The notes beneath the pieces were generated by a model. The model was not told where the DNA came from. It saw nothing but the letters and a program-made list of their open reading frames with translations, and did not search any database. Below are positions 49,493-56,509 of a stretch of DNA of 64,000 nucleotides, piece after piece; position 1 is the stretch's first letter, and each line of letters starts with the position of its first letter. The stretch covers positions 180,294 to 244,293 of IMG/VR virus record IMGVR_UViG_3300045921_000730, one strand, 5' to 3'. Position numbers and translations under genes: made by a program.

Positions 49493-49601
49493 TTTTTTGA
49501 TATATGTTTGCAAAGAGCTTGTGACTGAACTTAGTGTTGTAAAATTATTACAACAGCAGTAAAATTAAAATTGTTATCATTTTTTTGAAAAAAGGACAAG
49601 T

Positions 49602-50033
49602 ATGCGCGCATATTATTTTACTAACATGTACCTTTCACCGATACAAAAAGGTATTCAAACAGCACATTGCACTGCAGAATTTTTTATCAACACAAACCCC
49701 AACAGTCCTGAATATTCCATTATTTGTGATTGGGCTCGAAACCACAAAACAATGATTGTACTTGATGGTGGGAACCATAGACAGTTGGCTGATTTGTACT
49801 TTGGTCTTAAAGTAATTCAACAGAACTATCCTTTGCCTGTTGCTATCTTCAATGAAGACGAACAAGCATTAAATAATGCTACAACTTGTGTTGGTATTAT
49901 TTTGAACGAAAAAGTTTATGAAGCTGCATCGATAGTGAGAGAAGGAAGGTTGGATATAAGAGAACTTCACTTTCTTCTTGAAGAAGAAAGATATTTGGTT
50001 AACGTGTTACTTAAATATTCTTTAGCAAGATAA
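49602..50033 (+). CDS. Peptidyl-tRNA hydrolase type 2-like protein
   Basis: QKGIQTAH, KTMIVL.GG and EDEQ.LN...TCVG pattern. Confidence 0.6.
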   Translation: MRAYYFTNMYLSPIQKGIQTAHCTAEFFINTNPNSPEYSIICDWARNHKTMIVLDGGNHRQLADLYFGLKVIQQNYPLPVAIFNEDEQALNNATTCVGIILNEKVYEAASIVREGRLDIRELHFLLEEERYLVNVLLKYSLAR

Positions 50034-50034
50034 C

Positions 50035-50196
50035 TTACAAGATGACTCCATTACTAACTCGTTTAACGATCACATATTGAACAGCAGTAAACCCTAATCT
50101 ATGTTTTCGTTCAAACCAAAGTGCTCGTTGAAAACAGCGTTGTTTTTTAGTATGCTGAGTAGCATGGAACTTTCTGTTGTGAGTGAAGTTGCTCAT
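50035..50196 (-). CDS. Small basic protein (53 aa) absent from the ORF track
   Basis: AAAGGAG RBS, then MSNFTHNRKFHATQHTKKQRCFQRALWFERKHRLGFTAVQYVIVKRVSNGVIL*. Confidence 0.55.
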   Translation of the reverse strand: MSNFTHNRKFHATQHTKKQRCFQRALWFERKHRLGFTAVQYVIVKRVSNGVIL

Positions 50197-50252
50197 ATGA
50201 GTTCTCCTTTAAAGGCTTCACAACAATATTTATTATATTTTGAGGAATAGAA

Positions 50253-50618
50253 ATGAACGAAAACCAACAAAAAATAATTGCAACAAAAACAATGGTTTAT
50301 TGCACGCTTCAGTTTGAAGCAACGCACAACTGGCCCGAGTGTCCGTTTGAAGAGGTATCATATTTAAGAGTCGAACACCGTCACATGTTTCATATTAAAG
50401 CATACAAATGGGTAAATCATGATGACCGTGATGTTGAATTTATCATGCTGAAGCATCGGATTCAAGAATATTTAAATGAAACATATCCAAACCACAAGTT
50501 TGGAAAAAAGTCTTGTGAAATGTTAGGACGAGAACTAGCAGAAAAATTTGATTTGTGTCAGGTTGATGTGAGCGAAGACGGAGAAAATGGGGCTGTGTTT
50601 TTTGTAGAGGAACTCTAA
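50253..50618 (+). CDS. QueD/PTPS-like T-fold protein
   Basis: ATHNW...HRHMFH, VEF..LK and SCE...E.GENG pattern. Confidence 0.5.
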   Translation: MNENQQKIIATKTMVYCTLQFEATHNWPECPFEEVSYLRVEHRHMFHIKAYKWVNHDDRDVEFIMLKHRIQEYLNETYPNHKFGKKSCEMLGRELAEKFDLCQVDVSEDGENGAVFFVEEL

Positions 50619-50619
50619 C

Positions 50620-51456
50620 ATGATAAAAAAATATTGGTCTTGTTCAAAATTTGCTCTTTGGCTATTGAAAAGATATTGCATTGAAAAACCTAATGCTGCT
50701 GAAATCGGTCAATGGAAAGTATGGAAAGATGCTTCTCGGACCAAAAACAAATTTGTTTATTGGTTTGTAGAAGAATTTTTGGATTTTGCACAAGAGATAA
50801 TTTATTTTCCGTTTACAAAATTTTCTGATTTTCGTTATTATCTCATAAAGAGGTTTGTCATGAAAACACATTATCTCAATACAAAACTAACACCTGGTGT
50901 ATATCATGAAATTGATACAAGAATTCTTTATGGGTTGTTCGAAACCCTCGTTGATTTTATTGAAGTAGAAAAGGCGCGCATCGAAGTTATTTTTGATCAG
51001 GAATCGGCAAGAAAATATGGTTTTACTGGATTGACAAAATTTCTCGATTGGATTGGCATTAAGCAATGGCGATCTGCAGAAGCGGGGATCAAATATCTCG
51101 AATGGGAAATGTCTTTAACGGATGATGTTTGTTTATTTGAAGAAAAAGAATATGCACCACCAACACCACAATCACTTTCAGCAAAAGAACAATACGAACT
51201 TTATAATTGGTGGAAAAACGTAAGACCGCTAAGACCAGATCCTTATGATGCATCCGGATGGACGGAACTCTGCGAAAAGAGAAGAGGGACAAACAAAGAA
51301 CCTCTTTCCTCATTTTGGTGCGATCAAACAGATGAAGATAGAGCAGAAACTCACAAAGCACTTAATCTTTGTAATCAAATTGAACAGCAATATTTTAATG
51401 AAGATACTGAAATGTTAATTCGTTTAATAAAAATTCGTGCTAATCTTTGGACGTAA
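50620..51456 (+). CDS. Hypothetical phage protein
   Basis: 278-aa Trp-rich ORF. Confidence 0.65.
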   Translation: MIKKYWSCSKFALWLLKRYCIEKPNAAEIGQWKVWKDASRTKNKFVYWFVEEFLDFAQEIIYFPFTKFSDFRYYLIKRFVMKTHYLNTKLTPGVYHEIDTRILYGLFETLVDFIEVEKARIEVIFDQESARKYGFTGLTKFLDWIGIKQWRSAEAGIKYLEWEMSLTDDVCLFEEKEYAPPTPQSLSAKEQYELYNWWKNVRPLRPDPYDASGWTELCEKRRGTNKEPLSSFWCDQTDEDRAETHKALNLCNQIEQQYFNEDTEMLIRLIKIRANLWT

Positions 51457-51506
51457 AATGCTATCGAAGATTAAATTGTACAGAATGTGGAAAGGTGGTA
51501 TTTGGT

Positions 51507-52822
51507 ATGAACTACCGCGTAGCTAAAGACAACGCGGTTTCCGAACTCAACGACCCAGCCAACTTCACCGGCGCCTCCTTCGGTTTTTGTTTAGAGTCCG
51601 ACTGCGTTCCACAACCAGACATTAAATTCAAACCTTGACGAAGTGTGTTCTTAGCTGCATTGACATCTCTGTCATGTACTTCACCACAAACAGGGCATGT
51701 CCATTCTCTAATGGAAAGATTCATGTCTTGTATGATGTGGTTGCACGAAGAACAAGTCTTACTAGATGGAAACCATCTATCTATTTGAATTACTTGTCTA
51801 CCATGCCATGCTGCTTTGTACTTCAACATCGAAACTAAACTACCCCAGCTAACATCAGATATTGCTTGTGCTAGTTTGTGATTTTTAATCATGTTCTTAA
51901 CACTAAAGTCTTCCAAACAGATTACTTGGTTATCGTTAATCAATTTGGTCGTTACCTGATGAAGATAGTTGTTTCTTTGATCTACTACTTTTTGGTGTTG
52001 TCTTGCTAGTCTGTACCTAGCTTTTGTTCTTGATTTTGTGTCTTTCTTTTTCTTAGAGAGTTGACGTTGGAGGTACTTGATCTTCTTTAGATGCTTCTTG
52101 AGAAATCGTTCGTTCTTAATCTCTGTTCCATTTGAATCGACAAGAAGAGATTTGATTCCAAGGTCAACGCCGATGATTTCACCTGTGGATTCCTTTTGGT
52201 CGATCTCAAACTCACCCTGAATGGAGGCAAAATACTTACCTGAAGCATTCATTGAAATTGTTACAGAATTCGCTTTCACTAATCGACCAGTGAATTTGCC
52301 TTTGAACTTGAATGGAACTTTGAACTTAGGAATCTTTAGGGTTTTTGCATCCCAGTCAATGACGAAATGTTGAGGTACCTTAAATAATTGTCTGCTATTG
52401 TGTTTAGATTTGAACTTTGGGAATTTGGCAATTTTACGGAAGAAGCGATCATATGCTCCATCTAAATCTTTTAGTGCTGCTTGAATTGTCTGAGAATTGA
52501 TTTCCTTTAACCATTCAAATTCAGGATTTTTCTTCATCTCAGTGACTAGAGCAGAGCAAGCATTGTATCCGATCGACTTTTTGTTTTCTAGGTATTCGTT
52601 CTTACGGATCTCAAGAAACTTGTTGAAGACGAATCGACGAGCGCCAAAATGCTTAGCCAAGAGTTCTTTGTCAGACTCTCTTGGATAAATTTGAACTTTG
52701 ACGGACTTCTGAACTATCACTTGATTTAGCATCCTAGATTGTGTTATACTATTATTTATACACAAAATCTCCAAAATATAAGAAATTTTACAAAAAATTT
52801 TTCTATTGAAATGGAATTGGCT
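51507..52822 (-). mobile_element. IS200/IS605-family tnpB-only element 1
   Basis: Right end ...CGCGG-TAGTTCAT at 51507. The left end is placed after the minus-strand TTAT at 52823-52826 (inferred; its hairpin is not recognisable). Confidence 0.7.
51512..52732 (-). CDS. tnpB: RNA-guided endonuclease TnpB, family 1 (406 aa from ATG 52732)
   Basis: HTH start; RuvC GVDLG / LED / HDRDVNAA all intact; CSSC...CPVC zinc finger; omegaRNA overlaps the 3' end. Confidence 0.95.
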   Translation of the reverse strand: MLNQVIVQKSVKVQIYPRESDKELLAKHFGARRFVFNKFLEIRKNEYLENKKSIGYNACSALVTEMKKNPEFEWLKEINSQTIQAALKDLDGAYDRFFRKIAKFPKFKSKHNSRQLFKVPQHFVIDWDAKTLKIPKFKVPFKFKGKFTGRLVKANSVTISMNASGKYFASIQGEFEIDQKESTGEIIGVDLGIKSLLVDSNGTEIKNERFLKKHLKKIKYLQRQLSKKKKDTKSRTKARYRLARQHQKVVDQRNNYLHQVTTKLINDNQVICLEDFSVKNMIKNHKLAQAISDVSWGSLVSMLKYKAAWHGRQVIQIDRWFPSSKTCSSCNHIIQDMNLSIREWTCPVCGEVHDRDVNAAKNTLRQGLNLMSGCGTQSDSKQKPKEAPVKLAGSLSSETALSLATR

Positions 52823-52837
52823 ATAAGCAAAAATTAT

Positions 52838-53013
52838 CAGAATTGGGGCTGAGAAAACCACGTGATCATCAGCGATGAATCAGCCATAAATAATTTACAG
52901 TCTGGTTGTAGAACGCAGTCGGACACTAAACAAAAACCGAAGGAGGCGCTGGTGTTGTTAGCTGGGTCGATGAGTTCAGAAACCGCGTTGTCTTTAGCTA
53001 CGCGGTAGTTCAT
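52838..53013 (+). mobile_element. Non-autonomous IS605 element with orphan omegaRNA, copy C
   Basis: TTAT at 52834-52837, left hairpin, ATAAATA at 52886-52892, scaffold from 52900, ends GGTAGTTCAT. Confidence 0.85.
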
Positions 53014-53126
53014 ACAACAACAACAAAAAATAAAAAATCGCATCCTGAAAAAATGGAAAAAATAAAATATGATCCAGTTGTAAGAAAACACGTCTTGTAC
53101 AAAGAAGCAAAATTAAAATAACCCTG

Positions 53127-53155
53127 TTGTATTTTCAAAAAAATTATGCTATGAT
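53127..53155 (+). promoter_or_regulatory. Sigma70-like promoter for the tRNA
   Basis: TTGTAT-17-TATGAT with extended -10 TG. Confidence 0.6.
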
Positions 53156-53175
53156 TTAATTATAAATTAAATTAT

Positions 53176-53247
53176 GGGCTGGTAGTGATAATGAGAGCAC
53201 GTCGCGTTTGCACCGCGAAGGTGGGAGTTTGATTCTCCTCCGGTCCA
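53176..53247 (+). tRNA. tRNA-Ala(UGC)
   Basis: GGGCTGG/CCGGTCC acceptor with G3:U70, anticodon arm TCGCG-TTTGCAC-CGCGA, T arm GGGAG-TTTGATT-CTCCT; CCA not encoded (CAA follows). Confidence 0.9.
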
Positions 53248-53254
53248 CAAAAAT

Positions 53255-53383
53255 TGTAACGGTAAAGCATATTGTGCCAAGACCGGCTTGTTGGAACACC
53301 CTTGGGAATTATTTATAACTACAAATATAATTGATTTTGGGAACCTAAGCCTCTGTAGTACACGTCAACAATTTACCGTTACA
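53255..53383 (+). ncRNA. Candidate structured RNA of unknown class
   Basis: Perfect 12-bp closing stem TGTAACGGTAAA/TTTACCGTTACA enclosing further hairpins. Confidence 0.35.
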
Positions 53384-53450
53384 GCTTCTTCGTGCGTAAC
53401 AAAAATTGTTAATTCTAAGAACATTATATTTCAACAAAGCATAGATTTAA

Positions 53451-54765
53451 CATTGCACGCTCAAAAACCCACTTGTTGTTAGACAAGTAAATGAAAAAGT
53501 GCTAGAATTACTAGCATTTTCACTCGAATAAATAAAATAATTAACTAATAAACGCAAATACCTTTATGATTAAAACGTTTGAGGTTCAATTATTACCAAC
53601 AGAAGACCAGCTGGTGCAATTAAAGCAGCACGCAGGTGCTGTTCGTTGGCTATGGAATCAAATGTTAGAAGCAAATATTCAGAAATATGAGCAAGAGAAA
53701 AAATTCATATTTCGCTTTGAAATGCAAAGGTTATTGCCTGAACTAAGGAAGCAGCATCTGTGGTTAACCGAAATAAACAGCCAATCTCTACACGAACAAT
53801 GCATTAATTTAAACAATGCACTGGTGCGAATATTTAAGAACAAGGCCGGATTTCCGCGTTTTAAGAGCAAACATGATGCTGCCGATTCATTCGCTGTGCC
53901 ACAATTTTTCAATATCTGTAATAGAAGCATTAAGTTACCTAAAATTGGCCGATTGAAATATGCAAAACAGAGATGTTTTGAAGGAAAAGCAAAGAGAATC
54001 GTTGTTAAACAAAGAGACGATAAGTGGTTTGCCCTGATTTCATGTGAATTACCTGATGTTCCTGTTCGATCCGTTGCTGAATCAGAAGTTGTTGGAATTG
54101 ATGTTGGAATTAAAGACTTTGCAATATTAAGCGATGGCACCAAGATATCTAATCCTAAACACCTTGAAAAGAGTGAAAAACTGTTAAGAACTAGACAGAA
54201 AGCACTCTCCAGAAAGGTTAAAGGATCACAAAACTGCGCAAAAGCTCGTAATTCAGTGGCTAAATTACATAGACATATAACAAATCAAAGAAAAGACTTC
54301 CAATGGAAACTGGTTGCTTCGATAGCCAAGAAATGGCAAGTTGTGGCATTGGAAGACCTGAATATTCAAGGAATGATGAAAAACCGGAGGTTATCAAAAG
54401 CAATTGGCTCAGCTGGATGGAGTTCATTTAAAAACAAACTGAACCATAAACTAGCTGAAAAAGGTGGATATGTGGTTGAAATTGGACGGTTTGCACCTAG
54501 TTCAAAAACATGTTCATCGTGCGGACTCATAAATGACAATCTAACTCTCAATGATAGAGAGTGGGATTGTGAATGTGGAGTGCATCACGATAGAGATGTT
54601 AATGCTGCTGTGAATATCAGGAATATAGGAATAAAAGAAATATATAGGCTGGGAACTGGCCGAATTTACGCCTGTGGAGTGGCTGAAGTAGATGTCACAT
54701 TGAAGCAGGAATCACGGTTGCCGTTGGGTGACCCCACTTGTTCTTAAGAACAAGTGGTAGTTCAG
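53451..54765 (+). mobile_element. IS200/IS605-family tnpB-only element 2
   Basis: Left hairpin ACTTGT/ACAAGT (53471-53488) about 20 nt after TTTAA; matching right hairpin CCACTTGT/ACAAGTGG followed by TAGTTCA(G). Confidence 0.8.
53566..54747 (+). CDS. tnpB: RNA-guided endonuclease TnpB, family 2
   Basis: GIDVG / LEDL / HDRDVNAA intact; CSSC...CEC zinc finger. Confidence 0.95.
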   Translation: MIKTFEVQLLPTEDQLVQLKQHAGAVRWLWNQMLEANIQKYEQEKKFIFRFEMQRLLPELRKQHLWLTEINSQSLHEQCINLNNALVRIFKNKAGFPRFKSKHDAADSFAVPQFFNICNRSIKLPKIGRLKYAKQRCFEGKAKRIVVKQRDDKWFALISCELPDVPVRSVAESEVVGIDVGIKDFAILSDGTKISNPKHLEKSEKLLRTRQKALSRKVKGSQNCAKARNSVAKLHRHITNQRKDFQWKLVASIAKKWQVVALEDLNIQGMMKNRRLSKAIGSAGWSSFKNKLNHKLAEKGGYVVEIGRFAPSSKTCSSCGLINDNLTLNDREWDCECGVHHDRDVNAAVNIRNIGIKEIYRLGTGRIYACGVAEVDVTLKQESRLPLGDPTCS

Positions 54766-54802
54766 GAGCGAGGGGTCGCAAGTTCAAATCTTGCATCACC
54801 GA
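54765..54802 (+). pseudogene. 3' half of a tRNA-Pro-like gene
   Basis: GGA-GCGAG-GGGTC-GCAAG-TTCAAAT-CTTGC-ATCACCG-A. G72/A73 are Pro identity elements; no 5' half found in the window. Confidence 0.7.
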
Positions 54803-54844
54803 CAAACGTTCAGATTGTTCATTCTTGTCCTTCATTGCGTGTTG

Positions 54845-54873
54845 TTGTATTCACTGCTCAGTTGATATATAAT
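54845..54873 (+). promoter_or_regulatory. Sigma70-like promoter
   Basis: TTGTAT-17-TATAAT. Confidence 0.65.
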
Positions 54874-54904
54874 AGTTTTTTAAATAGCAAAAGGATATTT
54901 TATT

Positions 54905-55489
54905 GTGCTAATTTCTATTTCAGGTTCTCAAGGGTGTGGCAAAACAACGACCCTCAATCTACTTAAACAATATGGACATACGATCGTTGAAAGAAAAACG
55001 TCGCGTTCTATTCTTTCAGATTGGAATGTTTCACTTGATCAAGTAAATCGAGACTTTGATCTCACGCTCAAGTTTCAAGACGAAATTCTTGCACGAAAGA
55101 TTGCAGATGAACAAAAATTTGTCAACACAAAAGAAATTGTCTTTACAGAAAGATCGTATGCTGATCTTTTTACATATGGCTTGATTGTTTTGGGAAAACA
55201 TAACCAATATTCTGATTGGGTCGACGAATATTATCAACGGTGTAAGCAAGCACAACAAACGTATGGTTGTGTTGTTTTTTTGAAAGGCGGATTGTTTCCT
55301 ATTCAACATGATGGTACTCGAGGTTCAAATCAACACTACCAAAAAATGGTTGATCAAACAATCTTAATGAATGTAATGTCAATGACAGATTCAAAAAAGC
55401 ACACTACAATTGAAACTGCTGATATCACTAAACGAGTACAAGCAATCGAACAGATTATCTTAAACATAAAAATATTTGGAGAATTATAA
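54905..55489 (+). CDS. P-loop nucleotide kinase (dNMP-kinase-like)
   Basis: GSQGCGKTT and FTERSYAD motifs. Confidence 0.7.
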   Translation: MLISISGSQGCGKTTTLNLLKQYGHTIVERKTSRSILSDWNVSLDQVNRDFDLTLKFQDEILARKIADEQKFVNTKEIVFTERSYADLFTYGLIVLGKHNQYSDWVDEYYQRCKQAQQTYGCVVFLKGGLFPIQHDGTRGSNQHYQKMVDQTILMNVMSMTDSKKHTTIETADITKRVQAIEQIILNIKIFGEL

Positions 55490-55492
55490 AAA

Positions 55493-56509
55493 ATGAAATA
55501 TCGACCAATTAAACACAGACATAACGATTATAGCAAACATATGTCTCATTTGGATTTTAAATATGATAGTGAGTATTATCCAGAAGATGCAGATCTGCCA
55601 GATCCTCAAATCGACCCGTTCATACCTGGTGCAAAAGTACCAATTGATAAAGTTGGTGTATCTGGTGTAGATTTGCCTGTTCATTTTATTCGTCGTGATG
55701 GTACAATTGAAAAACTACATGCAAGAGTATCCTTATATGGTTCATTAGATAATCCGAATGCAAAAGGTCTTAACCTTTCACGGTTTCCAATCGTGATGCA
55801 TGAAGCAATTGCTAATCATTTATCAATTGATGGTCTAAAGTCCGTGTTAGATATTCTGCAAAAGAAACAAGGATCTCATAGCGTTTATTGTAAAATGAAG
55901 TTTAAATATCCTTGGACCCAACAGGCACTAAGAACGAGAAAAGAACTACCTGATGATGCACCAGACGATCAAGTATTCAAAATCGTTGAAGGAATTAAGC
56001 TTTCATACGAAAAGATGGAAGGTTTTATTTTTTATGATTGTGTATTAGAAGGACAAAAGCATGGGCACAATTATAAGTTTTATTTGACTGTTGATTATGT
56101 TTATTCATCAACGTGTCCATGTTCATTTGAACTTGCACAAGACGCAATGGTAAAACGCGGTAAGGCTGCAAATGGACATTCGCAACGAAGCATTGGTAAA
56201 ATCACTGTGGAATTCGATCCTTCGAATCCGGTATTTATCGAAGATATTGTTGAAATGGCTCGTCGTCAAGTACCAACTGAAGTTGTAATCATTTGTAAGC
56301 GAAGAGATGAACAAGCGTTTGCAGAATTAAATGGTTCAAATTTATTGTTTACTGAGGATGCTATTCGTTTATTTTATGAAGGATTAGACGAAATGTTTCT
56401 GGCAGGTAAAATTTTTGATTTTAGCGTCGTGACAGATCACATAGAAAGTTTGCATCCGTGGAGTGCAACCGCTGTTATCTCAAAAGGGATTCCGGGCGGT
56501 CTAAGATAA
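55493..56509 (+). CDS. folE2: GTP cyclohydrolase IB
   Basis: I.KVGVSG, KGLNLSRF, STCPCS, HSQRS, FTED..R and ESLH motifs. Confidence 0.9.
   Translation: MKYRPIKHRHNDYSKHMSHLDFKYDSEYYPEDADLPDPQIDPFIPGAKVPIDKVGVSGVDLPVHFIRRDGTIEKLHARVSLYGSLDNPNAKGLNLSRFPIVMHEAIANHLSIDGLKSVLDILQKKQGSHSVYCKMKFKYPWTQQALRTRKELPDDAPDDQVFKIVEGIKLSYEKMEGFIFYDCVLEGQKHGHNYKFYLTVDYVYSSTCPCSFELAQDAMVKRGKAANGHSQRSIGKITVEFDPSNPVFIEDIVEMARRQVPTEVVIICKRRDEQAFAELNGSNLLFTEDAIRLFYEGLDEMFLAGKIFDFSVVTDHIESLHPWSATAVISKGIPGGLR

Larger units (their letters stand above)
51447..53121 (+). pseudogene. rpmG: Ribosomal protein bL33 gene interrupted by two IS605-family insertions (segments 51447-51506, 52823-52837, 53014-53121)
   Basis: Joined segments read in frame (M)[59 protein letters not shown]. 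The last segment closely resembles the bL33 C-terminus. Confidence 0.7.

Noticed and set aside
51458-51514. Alternative bL33 N-terminus in the ATG frame (MLSKIKLY...)
   Set aside because: KIKL resembles bL33, but after excision this frame hits a stop within about 27 codons, whereas the CTEC frame joins the conserved C-terminus.
52733-52861. 43-aa N-terminal extension of TnpB1 in the ORF track
   Set aside because: It runs through the promoter, the rpmG segment and element C; ATG 52732 directly precedes the HTH domain.
53248-53565. Group I intron making tnpB element 2 an IStron in a tRNA
   Set aside because: No P7/J8-7 core (such as AAGATATAGTC) was recognisable, and the left flank is not the 5' half of the downstream tRNA.
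51512-54747. TnpBs as nuclease-dead repressors (TldR-like)
   Set aside because: All three RuvC acidic residues are present in both proteins.
54754-54966. 70-aa ORF after tnpB2
   Set aside because: It overlaps the element right end, the tRNA half and a promoter; not a credible gene.
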